Shown one piece after another: positions 1-12,329 of a DNA stretch of 64,000 nucleotides. The position numbers and the translations under genes are program-made. The number at the start of each line of letters is the position of its first letter. Position 1 is the stretch's first letter. Origin of the DNA: Ramazzottius varieornatus (lineage: Eukaryota; Animalia; Tardigrada); the NCBI GenBank assembly GCA_001949185.1, contig BDGG01000001.1:983153-1047152 (forward strand), in the 5' to 3' direction. Below the pieces are notes generated by a model. That model was not told the origin of the DNA and did no database searches. It saw nothing but the letters and a program-made list of their open reading frames with translations.

Positions 1-203
1 TTCAAGAAAATAAAGGAAACAGCAACGGTCACAAAACAGACACCACTTCGTCTGATTGATGCATGACCACGCCAAGGCGCCGTTATGGACGGTGGCCCGT
101 GTGGCGGTATCGTGGTAACAGCATCAAACAAGACAAACAATCTTCGGCAATAGGACTCGTTTCGCTCATTAATCAAGTCTATATTCAACAAAGGCAAAAT
201 TAC

Positions 204-821
204 TTGGTTGACGCTAATCTGCGGTCCAGTAGCGTCTTCAGCCTTCTCCGATCGTGAGGCATCCTCGATCAGCAGAGGTAACCTGGCTTCCGCAGAGCTG
301 ACAACAAAGATTTGCTCGACGTGAAGCTCCACATCTTGCTGCGAGCAGCTGTCGATCGTCTGGTCCACTTTCCTTACAACGCCGTAAACATCGACGATGG
401 ATTCTTTGCTGATTCCCGCAGCAAACTTGACCATCTGCTTCGATACTTTATCCCCGACAGCTACCAAGGCTTGTACCGTGTACTGTTGTTGTCGTAGGAC
501 GAAGAAGCACTGCTTCCCTTTAGCTCTGCTGGTCTGCAGACGCCCGCGAATCCAGACGAGTTGATCGGCTAAAGTCGCTGTCAGGTCTTTCACGATGGTC
601 AAGTCACGGTCCACTTTCTCCTTTGACTGATTTAGAGCAGTAAGACCGTACTTGTCTTTAGCAAAATCTTCGGTTTCGACTTCAGCAGAAGCATCCCCTG
701 ATGCAGTCTTCTTCTCGGCGATTATCTCCGCTTTCTTCGCTGCTTTCTCGGCTTTCTTGGCAGCATTCTTGGACACTTTTTCCGCGTTTTCCTTCTGATC
801 CTTCTCAACAATGTCAGCCAT
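204..821 (-). CDS. DARS1: Cytoplasmic aspartyl-tRNA synthetase, first coding exon (gene continues off the left edge)
   Basis: Manual translation from ATG 821: [10 protein letters not shown]...DFAKDKYG...[32 protein letters not shown]...[23 protein letters not shown]...[14 protein letters not shown]...[10 protein letters not shown]...VNQ, then a GT donor at 203. This is the AspRS N-terminal OB-fold. Missing from the ORF track because the frame has no stop before the window edge. Confidence 0.95.
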
Positions 822-1232
822 TGCTCCCAGTTGCTGGCACCTGCAAAAGAAATACACAGATATCAAGTGTGAAGGGTGAAGATATTGCGGCTACAAGCCT
901 ACAAACACGTACGAGGGAAGAAGCCGAAGGAAAGTCAAGAAACTGACACGTGAAAACCAGAATCAAAAGTCAAAATAGACCGGTCGACGTTTTACCTCGA
1001 AGAGGCCATTACGTCACAGATATCCTTGTTACTCACTGGACAGTGATTGAGTACCTTCTACACTACGATGACGACGTAAGTTGATGAACGAAAAGGGACT
1101 GGCGAAAATCGAGCCGATTTTGCATCAGACATCAGCACTCAGTAGCTGCCTGACACTTCGACTGCGACGGCGGAATCGACGCTCAAACCTCCGTTCCGCA
1201 GAACGGCTGAACGTCGCATGCGGCGTTTCAAC

Positions 1233-1539
1233 CAGCGGTGGACGGATGATTTTCTCATCGAATAACTAAACACGGAACGGCGCAACATCACCCAGTGCAG
1301 CCTAAACCAGGAACGGCAATCAGTCGATCAGTATTTTTCTTGTATGAAAAATATCGTTCCGAATGTCCTTCGAACACAAGGTCTCCTGTTTAGTAGGATA
1401 GAATCTGCGCACTGATAACAAAATTGGTTTAGCCCTTTGTAACACTTCATGCCAGGTCATACCTGACAGCTGAGAAAATCTCGATGTTATGCTGAGAAAA
1501 TCTCCATATTATGTCGAGAGAATCATCCGTCCACCGCTG
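1233..1539. mobile_element. hAT-like MITE family A, copy 1
   Basis: TIRs CAGCGGTGGACGGATGATTTTCTC / GAGAGAATCATCCGTCCACCGCTG. Left flank GTTTCAAC; displaced right flank GTTCCATC (after 3086), 6/8 match. Confidence 0.8.
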
Positions 1540-1541
1540 GT

Positions 1542-3080
1542 CAGTGTTCCGATTATCGTAATATATAATTGAAAATGGCTGATTTTGGTAAGGTTGTAAA
1601 TTCCTAATTCCATTCCTTTCCGAATTCCGTTCCATTCCTGGAATTCCGTTCCGTTCCAAGAGTAGCTGTTTGGAACGGTGAAATGCCTATTTGGAAGACT
1701 ACCAAAAATCGGATAAAATTTAGGAATTCCACGAGGTAAACAGTCGAAGATCCAGCAGATCCTGTCAGAAAACTGAACCCGATGCTGGCTCACACATGCG
1801 TACCACTGAGGCTGATTGGTCGTTCAGTTGAACGACCAATAGCATTTTCGATCCGTCGCACTAAAGAATGCGGCGCATTCAACTGTGCGTAAGTCCTTGC
1901 TTTTCCCTTGGAGTTAAGGTCCAACAAGACCGAAAGTTCGGATCGGCCAATCTCCAGCTGGCTTTCAGTCTAAAAACCTATATTTTCCGATGGCTCCAGA
2001 TCATCTTTACTGTTTTTAATGGGTATGTGAAAAGAACTAAACTGGCAAATGGGAGTTTGGAATTCTGGATTTTTGCGAGGACCTTCTGGAAAAGGGAATA
2101 GGAATATTAGGAATTCCTTTCCTATTTTCCATTCCGAGGACATTCGGCCTGGAATTTACACCCCTAGATTTTGGCCTTTTTGGAATTCCGATACAACGAT
2201 TCAAATTGAGAATCTTTTGCGAACGTATTTGGATATTAATCAGGATACAAATTCAAATGGAAAATGATCAGAGTATTCTAATTCGTAATTCGAATCACAC
2301 AATGGCTTAATTGAAATAAGCACAGTTGGAATAAGACACTACGGTCCATTTGAATTGGCGCATTATTACCGCAAAATCACAAGTTTATGTTTGCCAGTTG
2401 AATCCACAGCTGTCAGCATCAAGCCCGCAGTGCAGTCCGCCAATTTGTCCCCGGATTTAGCGCATTCAGAGGCCAGCACATCGGGGCTTATTTTGGTAGT
2501 CTGCCTCTCATGACCTCGTATCATTGATCGTTGGTTTGATGAGGAGATAAATTTGAAAAGTATCGCCGAAAGTGAAGTCATAGAATTTTTGAGTGACATT
2601 GTAAACGCTCAGGATTCATCGCTGATCTATCATTTCAAGACTAACATCTCAATCATCGTCAAGAATCAGAACAACAGAAAGCGGAAGTCCGATAGCAGAA
2701 GATGGGTGAAAAACCTTCTTTGAGCCCTTCTGCCAAAGAATCCGTCGTGGAATTGAATCCTTCAAGAAGTCCGTGCCTTCACCGTCACCGCCTGCAATCG
2801 GCTGAGCGTATCTGTTGGAACTCCAAACGGTGGAGTCTCAAAAGTAAATACTTCTGCAGGGGGAAAGACGAAGGTCATACTATACTGGAAATTGAAATTA
2901 CCAAACGACGTCGCAATAATTCAAATAATTCGAATTGGTGTCGGAAACTGAATTCCGATTCATCGTAATCGTCGGTTCAGTAACGATGAATTATCGGAAA
3001 TTCAAATTAGGGCTACGCGAAGGATTTCGATTAATCGTAATTGTAATGAAAACTGCAAAAGTCTTATCGGAACAACACTG
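1542..3080. mobile_element. Non-autonomous hAT-like element, family B
   Basis: Ends CAGTGTTCCGAT... / ...TTATCGGAACAACACTG; perfect 8-bp TSD CCGCTGGT at 1534-1541 and 3081-3088. Confidence 0.85.
1589..2166. mobile_element. hAT-like MITE family C, nested inside family B
   Basis: TIRs TAAGGTTGTAAATTCC / GGAATTTACACCCCTA; perfect 8-bp TSD GATTTTGG at 1581-1588 and 2167-2174; subterminal ATTCC/GGAAT repeats. Confidence 0.85.
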
Positions 3081-3571
3081 CCGCTGGTTCCATCTTTAAG
3101 TCGTTCCATGAGTTCGCTCAGTGCACTATAGAGCTCCGGAACGCGCAGTGATACGCAAAAGTTAGAGGGGATAATGTACCGGACGGCCTCAGAAATCGGT
3201 CTCATTTTCCATGAGACCAGTCGGGTACGGCCTGAATCGAAGTCTCGGATTCCGAGTCGACCAATAGCAGCGCTTCAACGTGTTCGAGCCGGCCCACGAC
3301 CCGTCGAAACATAAGACCGAAAGATGAGAGTGGCTTTTTATGAGACCTGACCTGTCCTCGCAATCTCTATACTGTGCGATTGATTGCGATAATTTTTTTG
3401 ATTCAACGCCAACAAACAAAATTATTTTTATTTTGTCGTCACTCCTGACTTCTGGCATGGATCATAATGGATGGCGCCGTAATAGCAGAGTGAGTGCTTT
3501 TGGGATCAAAGATTTTCCCTTCTTTGCGCCACTCTCACAGGTTTACCTTCCGTACTCCTGCAGACAGCAGC

Positions 3572-4072
3572 ATGGCCGTGCAGGAAGTTCCGTTCAGTCT
3601 ACTGGATCTGGATCTGAAGAAAGCACGGGAGAAGCAGAACGTCGCCGCTCAGCGCGAAGCTGCCCGCCGTCAGCGCTTGGAGAATCTGCAGAAGGACAAT
3701 CACTTTGAGGATCCCCACAAGAATCTCGTCCTGGCCAAAGACGTCCCAACTTTCGATGACGAGGCAGATCGCAAGCAAACTAAGAAATCTCGGAAGGCCA
3801 AGCTGAAAGAACGTTGGAAGAAATCGTTCCCTCAAGCTCTTGTCGATGAAGAACGCTACTGGACGACGCAGCAAGCAGCCTCCGACTTCGCCTCTCTGAC
3901 CTACAATTACTTCACCGCAGAAGTAGGAAAATCGGAACTACCTCCTCTGAAGCTCTGTTCGATCTGTAGTTTCCCCTGCAACATGAAATGTGTTGTTTGT
4001 GAAGACAAGTTTTGCTCGAAGAAATGTTTGGAGACGCACAGAGATATTCGCTGTATGAAACGCGTTTTGTAA
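3572..4072 (+). CDS. ZNHIT1: Zinc finger HIT domain protein 1 (Vps71/SWC6, SRCAP/SWR1 subunit)
   Basis: RRQRLENLQKDNHFEDPH, PTFDDEAD, NYFTA and C-terminal zf-HIT CSICSFP...CVVCEDKFCSKKCLETHRDIRC. Start codon uncertain; an upstream GT-AG intron (~3490-3563) is possible. Confidence 0.9.
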   Translation: MAVQEVPFSLLDLDLKKAREKQNVAAQREAARRQRLENLQKDNHFEDPHKNLVLAKDVPTFDDEADRKQTKKSRKAKLKERWKKSFPQALVDEERYWTTQQAASDFASLTYNYFTAEVGKSELPPLKLCSICSFPCNMKCVVCEDKFCSKKCLETHRDIRCMKRVL

Positions 4073-4143
4073 TCAACAATCAACCCACTATATAAAGCTG
4101 AAGCATTACTCTTTTACGAACTTGACTTGAATAAAATCCTTTC

Positions 4144-5999
4144 TCATGAAACGGTCTTGCTCAAATTGGAATATCCAATTCCCACACAAGATAAAATAAT
4201 TTTGCTATTCTCTGGAGAGTCTGAAATAGTTTTACTGTCAGCAGTGATCCGAAATTCGACTGAGAAGAATTCTTTGATGTAACGGAGAAGTTGAATGGTG
4301 AAAGGCGAAAGAGGACCTGTCTGTATTTTTGAGACGTCGCCGTTCTGTCCGAGGCACATCAAAAGGAGCGCTAGACCTTGATTTATCGAACCCACACATC
4401 CACCCTGGAAAGAACAACTTGAGTTCACGGAAACAAATCATTGCTCGATATGGGGGCTCGGCACACAAACTCGACATATGTGTTTCCCCAGTGGCGCATT
4501 TTCAGTTTTATTGGGTGAAAGCGTGCATCACTTGTGAGATCGTTTTCGCCGATTTTCCTCGCATAACTGGCCCACATTTCCATTTTTTTCCCGAGCGTGC
4601 GCCACTCGGAAAAAAACGGTCTCGTCGAGTTTGTATTGAGTTACGATCATTCTTACACGATATATCTCCTCGAGCAGAAGCAAGGCTGCTCGCTCTCCCA
4701 TTTCTTCCGCAGTTTCCATCGTCTTATTTTGTTCCGTACTTTCATCGGGAGAGCGAGGCTGTTCGGAGGTCACATCAACGGCGTAACGGATGCCTTTCTC
4801 AGTCTCCGCTATGAGCGTTATTCCGTAGCCTTTCGACCTGCAGAAAATCTTGAATTACACTACTTCATATTTTCCGAAGGACAAGCAAGAAGACTTCACC
4901 TTCCAGCATTTCTGTCGCTTTTACACTGGTCAGTGTAGCAGTAAACATCTGCCACGAATTCTTTTAGGATTTTCTTGGCTGCTTCCCCGAGGCGATTTCC
5001 CATCGACGGCGACATTCCGCAGGTAAATCTTGAGACCAAAACACGTCGGCGCTTTCTTCCCATTATGATTGCGCTCTTAGAGTTCACTTACGCAATTCCG
5101 CGGATGCTTCGGATTAATCCGCTATCTTCCATATTCCTCAAAGGCCGCAGTTTCAATTTCGACGGACAGGTAAATCGGACTTTTCCTCCACCATTCGGCC
5201 GCAATCCTCTGGCAAGAATTTTCAGCTCTAGTCCTTCGTCTGTTCCCAAGAACTTCTGAAGTAGAGGCAGGGAGGAATGCCTGATAGCGTCGATCTAACC
5301 AAACAGAAAAAAATCAACGAGCCGCACTGATTATTATGGGAAAGAAAATTTATACCGAGGGATCAATTTGGTCATTAGTTACACCGGTGAAGATAACTTC
5401 GATGGATTGCTTGGTGAACGGGGCAAGAAGCAGCAGGGCTTCAAGATAGTACGTGATGGAGCGGTCAGTTTGGCAGTCGTGCTCGAACAGTCCACCGGAA
5501 AGCAGGCCGGGATGAAACGTTAGCTTCGTACCTACAAAAAAGTCCATGTCAGCTGACAGACCATCTTAACCATGGAAAATCTTACCTGTCTCATCGATGA
5601 TCCAAGAAGTTCCGTTCGTAATCTTAGCAAGCAGAGCAAGAAAATTCAGCTCGTAACCTGCACAGAATGAACACCATGAATAACCATACCCATGTCAACC
5701 AACGCATGACCTTGTTGCCAAGCAAGTCGCCAGTGCGTCGGTCGATCGGAACTCGTGTGGTGTTGCGCAATGAGGTTTGAGTGGCTTGGTGGGCCGTGGG
5801 GGGAGCAACAGATGTTTAAGCACCGATATAAAAAGACAACCATGCACCGGCCTGTCTGCCAAACGTGCCACTCACCGGATAAGCCAGGGTGTTCGTCTTT
5901 CTGTCGTATCTTGCTAATCCGGATGGATTTCCCGCTCAGTACTGCCAGTACAAGTCGCTGTCGGAAATAAAAGCTGCCGGAGAATTCTTCTAGTGCCAT
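4144..5999 (-). CDS. RCL1: RNA 3'-terminal phosphate cyclase-like protein (multi-exon)
   Basis: FRQRLVLAVLSGKSIRISKIR, LTFHPGLLSGG, RSITYYLEALLLLAPFTK, GVTNDQIDPSV, AALLLLEEIYR-GGCV, C-terminal ILSCVGIGYSNLSK; exons joined by GT-AG introns. Confidence 0.95.
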
Positions 6000-6107
6000 T
6001 ATTTCGAAGAATGAGAGGACTAATGGGAAGTTGCTGAAAGTGACGGAAACTTCGAAGATCGCACATTCGCAAAATTCGTAATTCGGAAATGCAACGTTTT
6101 TACAATA

Positions 6108-6522
6108 AGGGCTTACAATGACAGATTACACCGCTGGTGTAATTGGCTCCACCCACACCCTTGCGATTGGCCTATTCATTCCACCAGACATTACACTTTC
6201 GGTGTAATTACGAGTCGCTCCGGAACGACTCGTAATTACACCAAACTTAAGCAACATCCCGAGTGGGCTGTGCTCCTCTCCAAACTTTCAAAAGTCACGT
6301 CCATCACGAAGTTTCTCGTTACTCGTCCTACTGGTGAGTGTATGGTGGTTCCTCCGACATCAAAGATCTCATAATCCTCCGATCGTGCTTACCTGCAGTG
6401 CGGGGCTTTCAAAGCAACCCGTTACACCACTTTCCTAACTGGTCAAAAACGTTTTCTGGGCGTATCCGCCAAAGTAGCTGGTGTAATTACACCACCAAGC
6501 CAGTTTAGTCTTTGTAAGCCCT
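6108..6522. mobile_element. MITE with AGGGCTTACAA termini
   Basis: AGGGCTTACAATGAC / GTCTTTGTAAGCCCT, TA-containing flanks, internal TTACACC/GGTGTAA repeats. Superfamily (PIF/Harbinger or Tc1) not resolved. Confidence 0.65.
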
Positions 6523-6527
6523 TAATA

Positions 6528-6676
6528 AAGAGAACGCGAAAACGCAAAATCTTGTTAAGATAACTGAAGTCAGTGTATTGAGGTTAGACTATTACATGTT
6601 ATAAGTGCCTAATAGTCTTACCTCAATACACTGACATCAATTATCTTAACAAGATTTTCCGTTTTCGCATTCTCTG
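6528..6676. mobile_element. Fold-back (palindromic) MITE
   Basis: ~65-bp arms (AGAGAACGCGAAAACG...GAGGTTAGACTATT / AATAGTCTTACCTC...CGTTTTCGCATTCTCT), short spacer, TA flanks. Confidence 0.75.
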
Positions 6677-7245
6677 TAATCAACAATCAAGACTCAAGAG
6701 TATCTGGAAAGACTTTCGTCCGAGTGGAACTGCGGCTGGTGGAAAATCGAATCCTTGCACCTCAAATTCATGCTACGCCGTACGGTGTGAACCAGCGCGC
6801 AAGTTTGCAACTTCTGCGAAACTGCGCCTGGCCGATGTTACAGTGTTCTTTGTTTCAGGCAAAACCTAACGTTGCTCGTGTCGGACAGATAAGATGAAAA
6901 ATGTTTTAAGCAACGTCGCAGCGAAAAGAAAAGCAGGAAGAGGACGGAACTAAACGAAAGCGAGCAGATGCAACTGCTCTTACAGAGAAAACTAAAGCGA
7001 TCCCGCAGGGTCGTACAGTATAGTGCAGTGCACTGCTCTGGAACTCGGACATTTCAGCGGTGCACGGTATCTCGAGGAACTCTTCAACCCGCTCCGTCGC
7101 GCCCATCCGTAATCGACTGGATGCGAGCTGTTCGGAATCATAGTATACGCAGGACGGGAAATTATGGGGCCAGTAAAAATTATGGGACCAGGCCTTTTCG
7201 CTACGGCGGTACGGAAGCACGTACGTACGCTACCGATTTATATTA

Positions 7246-7487
7246 CAGTCCGGTCGCTCGAACTCTGGTACCTGATTATGCGATTTCAAAATAAAGAAAT
7301 CGTGCAAAATCAACGATACTGCGAGCCATACCGACACAGCCGGTCCACATGCGGGTTGATTACTTGATCACACCAGTAAAGCTATGGTGTAATTTACGTG
7401 TAATGTAATTTCGGCCTTGGCTCAATGTATAGCAGACTTCAAAACAAAATCGGCGCAATAGGTACCAGATTTCGACCGACCGGACTG
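7246..7487. mobile_element. Tc1/mariner-type MITE nested in family E
   Basis: TA|CAGTCCGGTCGCTCGAACTCTGGTACCT ... AGGTACCAGATTTCGACCGACCGGACTG|TA. Confidence 0.8.
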
Positions 7488-7541
7488 TAATGCACTTTTG
7501 GACACTTTTCTACGTTTGAATTTCCATTTTGCCGTCTTTTC

Positions 7542-7830
7542 CAGCGGTGGACGGGTCACGGGTGATTTATTCAGCCTGATACCGAAAACCATGGAACTGC
7601 CACCTACGACTTGTCAAGAACCAGTACAACGGGCAATCTTGTCATCAGAGCGCGAATTCCACCTCCCCACTGAACAGGAGAACCAGTGTTCGAACAACGT
7701 TCGTAACGGTATTTTTCAAATGCAAAATACTGATCGACTGATTGCCGTTCCGAAGTTGGGCTGCGCTTGAGGTTGCGAAGCCGTTCCGTATTTTGCATAA
7801 TTCACTGAATAAATCACCCGTCCACCGCTG
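7542..7830. mobile_element. hAT-like MITE family A, copy 2 (nested in family E)
   Basis: CAGCGGTGGACGGG...CCCGTCCACCGCTG; perfect TSD GTCTTTTC at 7534-7541 and 7831-7838. Confidence 0.85.
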
Positions 7831-9011
7831 GTCTTTTCCGCCTGGTCCCATAATTTTTACTGGCCCCATAATTTCCCGTCGCGCGTGTACGGACTACGAA
7901 GTGACAAGTTTCTGAGAAGGTCAAATTTGAGTTGACTGCTGTGTATAAGGTTATTGATTTCTAATCTTCATACTTATAATAATTGCTGGGGTTGCGGAGG
8001 AAACATCCGCAAGCGCAAACCTGCTGAACTGTAGCAAGGGAAGGTTCTGCTTCTTGAAAAATCCTTTCTTTTTGTGGCTTGGAAGGATGGCAACTCCGAT
8101 CACTCCATTCATGTTCAAACATGCGTTCGTATTCGGCAAGCTCTATATGTCTCCCGTACAGCGAAGGTTATGGTCTTCGGGTCCGTCACAACTGAGTTTA
8201 GATTATGGTCGCCAAATATGCCAGGACCACGGTGGTCATCTTGCTAGCAAATGCCATGGAGAACGCCGTGAACGGACGAGTGGGATACATTGACCTACAA
8301 GCCTGCGGATGTCTTCAACTCCGAGTAAGAACGATAAGCGGATTCGAGAAGTGGCGGGAGTTGAATGATACAGTACCAGAGCACTATAAGGTACTATACT
8401 TGATTTTCCCTGGTATCATGTATAGCTGATGCTTGACGGTGTGAAAATTGGATATGGGAGGTCGGATCGTTCTGGCAGTCAATCCGATGTGTCCATTGGG
8501 GAAAATCCTTCAAAGCGTAATGCCGAGATCTATCGAATGGTCATATCACGGGGGCGACATTCAACCCCAGGTAGATTAGTACTATACCGCCGACATGAAC
8601 TTCGCAATGACGTCATCGCGAAACTGTGCTTTCTTCCTGCTCTTCGCCCATTACACCGTGTCTTTGGAGTACCAAACAGCATCCCAAATTCAGCTAATGG
8701 TTTCCGATGACTTTACGTGCGATTGTTGAATGAGAAGCTCAGCTTCGCGGCAGAGGAGGAAAGCCGTGTCTTACGCAGCAGGTAGCGGGACGCGGTGTCG
8801 CAGCGATATGAAGAGCTCCAAAGTCGATCAGTTATCCACCTTACCACAAGGCACTACAATCAACCAGATAATACCGAGCTTCAAAGATGCATAGTCATGT
8901 TGGCGTTTAGCACATAATTCACGCTACTTTCTTCAGGACCACAGGCTCCAACAGCTATGTAGTTTTGAAGACTGTCTGACTTTTTGAAAAACTTTTTCAG
9001 TGCCCTGCAGG

Positions 9012-10129
9012 ATGGCATTCCGTGCTGTTCTCTATCTTGCTTTGTTCGCTGTGGCTCTAGCTGACCTTCCACCCAATTACGAGTCGCTGACTGCCATCCA
9101 GAAGCAGGAGATCCTGTGGAACAACATCAATGCTGACGTCTACGACTACGATAACCTCCCTACGGCCGGCCCCACCCCCGCACAGCTGGTTGCCTTTATG
9201 AATGTCAACTTCACTTTGCAAACTTTCCTTCTCGTCAGCGACGAAATGCCTGTTGGGAGAACCAAAGTGATCCACCCCTACGGACCCGTCGCCAAAGCCC
9301 GCATGGTTATCTTCCCCAATTCGCGCTATACGGGAATATTTTCCCCCGGTCAAACACACTGCCTGGTGCGTCCATCTCCTGGCTCCTTCAACCCGCAAAA
9401 CCTCGTACCAGGTACAGCCGATAAAACTAGACTAATCTGCGGCGACACTCAAAGGCCTCGATCTTGGTCAGGAAATATATATACTTCTATTCGGAAGTGT
9501 GTATCCTTGTTACAGGTTTGGGAGTGAAATGCCTGATCGATGGAGCGCCTTCTCAGAACATCATGTCACTTTTCGCTTTTGCCGGTCAAGGAACCAACGG
9601 CAATTATTTCGAGAATTCAAAGTTCAATATCCCGCTCACGGACGACAGAAGAACCGGCAGGAAGATTACTTGTCCTCACTTGGAAGCCCTTGCTACTAAG
9701 GCCGGGGAAGTTGGATCAAACACCCGCAACCCCGTTAACGACCTTTTTGAAGCCACTCTTGCAGCACTTCCGGGTGGCATAAACGACAGACCCGAGGACA
9801 CTGGTAACATGCCACTCTATGAGCAGGCCTCTGTACGCGGAGATGGCTCCCTAGTACCAGCCGGTCAAGTTGTTGCACCTTACAAGATCGAGTTCGTGCC
9901 AAACAGACTGCTGTCATACCCAGCCGATACCGACAAGGACTTCCGTTATCAATTCGGGCAAATTGAGCCAGGCACCGTTGTCTATCAGGTGGTACTGTAT
10001 CGGACAGCATTATCCGCCGAAGGTGAGCTTGTCGGACATCTGGTTAGCGACTCGCCCTTTGTCAGCTCGCACTATGCTGATAATCGGTTCTTCATGCGCC
10101 ATGGACGGCAGCGATGGCAGAGCGAATAG
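9012..10129 (+). CDS. Secreted catalase-fold-like protein (exons 9012-9411, 9516-10129)
   Basis: Signal peptide MAFRAVLYLALFAVALA; RTKVIHPYG (distal-His-like R-x3-H-x2-G), YTGIF, LVRPS, PG|LGVKCLIDG..S.N; the phase-1 intron joins the ORFs in frame. Gene structure is solid; the family call is motif-based. Confidence 0.7.
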
Positions 10130-10654
10130 GCGCTTTTTTCGGGAAAAATCTTGCGTATTCGACGTTCTCAAATTTTCGCATTCGACTGCTTTTCTGTCAG
10201 AGTTGCGTTTGGTTTCAGTGGTTCAAAACAGTGTACACTACAATCGCTCTGTCACAAGTTTTGATGGATGGATATCCACTCTCCAAATTAAAGGTTCTCG
10301 GACAGGTGAGGGAAAAACTACAGAGTACGTACTGTAGAGAACGGCGAACCGTCGCATGACAGCATTCTCAGTAGGTAACCAGGAAAGCCCATGCACTTCA
10401 TTTTATCAACCAGTCTAGGCAAGTCTAGGCAAACAAGCAAGAGAGCCAGGATATTCAATACCGTAACTGCAATACAAACACAGAGATACTTCAGTTGAGG
10501 TGACCTTGGCGCCAATGCAAGGAGTCGCATACGTTGAACAGAGATCCGATCGAAAGGGAAAACGCAAAGAGCACGAACTACTGAATTTACATTCATCGGC
10601 CAAGAGGCGAGGTGTTTATGTCAAGACTTTCTGTATTTGCCACCAGCAAATCAG

Positions 10655-11076
10655 TCACGTTAACACCAAATTGTGTCTACCAAAGACACACAACAGCAAA
10701 ACAATCCCAATGAACGGAACAATGCAGCTGTCACTGACTGATCCAAGTCTTACGGCAGCTGACAACAGACTTGAACTTTGGCCGTTCGCGGCCGCGGGTA
10801 GTCCAGTTCCTGCCTTGTCAGCAATGTTGCTGCCGGAAGCGGGAACGTTTTTTATAAGTAAAGCCGTCAGGTCCCACGTGTTGCATGCTTCACCAGTGCA
10901 GATACACCGGGTGTAATCTTCGAAGTTTGCTTCAAATTTTCCCTCGTAACAAGATTTTCCGGTGTCACGTAGTTCCTTCAGTATGTTCGCAGATACGCTT
11001 CCCGTATAGATGCAGGAACGGTCATAATACCACTTTTCTCCAGATGGCGCTGAAACCATAGCTCGTATGATGCCTG
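10655..11076 (-). CDS. Ly6/uPAR three-finger (quiver/sleepless-like) GPI-anchored protein, last exon
   Basis: YYDRSC...SC...RCICTGEACN (CxC-x4-CN terminus), then a Ser/Ala/Gly-rich spacer and hydrophobic C-terminus IVPFIGIVLLLCVF. 5' exons unresolved. Confidence 0.6.
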
Positions 11077-11743
11077 ATCACCTGAAGCTAAAGAGTAAGC
11101 CAGAGAGGCCTGCCTTCCGTTTAGCCTGGTTTCTATTTCGCGCCTGCTGAGTGCATGGCAGGCACAGTACAAAATGGGGCGTCTTGCCATTGCCGCTTCC
11201 ATTTCATTCCCCAAGGTTTCTACTGCACCTCAAGAAAACCTTAAAAACTCAAGTCTGTGAGACAGGAAAGTTCCTGACTTGCACCCAATATGCAACCAAA
11301 TCGCCGTCGCATTGAACCCCGAGGTGGCCCAAATGTATTTAGGACAGAATTAAGGCTCCACACGCTTTCCGGACCGGGAAGGCGGAGCCGAGCTCAAACG
11401 TAATTTAGCAGACACAAAACTATCTAGTCTGCAATTGAAAACCTAGTAGAATCACAGGAATGGTGAGCTTACTTTAAAAATGAACAAAACCGTAGAATTC
11501 TCCGTTTTTCCAGAAAATCCCCTTTCATGGAAATAAACAACAACTTTTGATTCAAGTTGTGCATATTTTTTTTCGAGAATTCTCCAAGTGGACTGAGCAT
11601 TGTTGTAGTTGATTTCGGTCTTAAAAACACAACATTAAAAGCGGAGAAGGCAGAATAGAATTTTCAAAACTAACTCAAAAGTAGCAAAAGTCTATGTCGA
11701 CTTCCTCCGTTTTCACGAAAAGTCGTCATGCTGCCAAGAGCTG

Positions 11744-12329
11744 CACTCCCAACCAAGACATGGGGCGCCGCTTGCGTCAAAACTATTTCGTCAAGAGTTC
11801 TCGCAGAGTTTCCTAAACCACCTAACATGCTTTGCCATAGTTTCAGTTTGCACGATTTTTCATTTCGAACTTTGTGTAGAACTCTCGAACCCTGGCGAGA
11901 ATTCGTGCCGCGGAAAAAGGTAGCATAAAAATGCGTGTCTTTTTTTACCTTGGTCGCCCCTCCACCACTGAGTCAGGCGCGCAGGCATGTAGAAACAAGG
12001 CTCCTTACGACACCATACAGCATATACCACCATCATTTGGTGACGTCAGAGAGTCCGTTCCTGTTTGTGCGCGCCTATGACTCACGGTGGGAGGAGCGAC
12101 CAAGCTCAAAAAAGACACGCGTTTTTACACTGTAGTTTTCCGCTACACGAATGCTCGTCAGGGTTAGAATTCTCGAACTCTACACAAAGTGTGAAATGAG
12201 AAGTTGGGCAAACTGAAACCCTGGCAAAGCAGGTGCGGTGGTTTAGGAAACTGCGAGAATTCTTGCGAAAAAACGCGTCGAAAGTTTTGACGCAAACGGC
12301 GCCCCATAAACACAAGCTTGATGATGGGA
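11744..12329. mobile_element. Older non-autonomous element with ~200-bp diverged inverted arms
   Basis: Arm ~11744-11950 is the reverse complement of ~12106-12329 (e.g. GGGGCGCC..GCGTCAAAACT, GTTTCCTAAACCACC, GCGTGTCTTTTTT). Confidence 0.7.

Larger units (their letters stand above)
7146..7887. mobile_element. TA-flanked MITE family E carrying two nested insertions
   Basis: TIR core GACGGGAAATTATGGGGCCAGTAAAAATTATGGGACCAGGC at both ends; TA flanks. Confidence 0.8.

Noticed and set aside
204-821. Lys/Ala-rich N-terminus first suggested a ribosomal protein or histone H1-like protein
   Set aside because: The downstream sequence is clearly the AspRS anticodon-binding OB-fold.
1590-2160. ATTCC/GGAAT short repeats as satellite or CRISPR-like array
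   Set aside because: Irregular subterminal repeats of a TIR element; no repeat-spacer periodicity; eukaryotic context.
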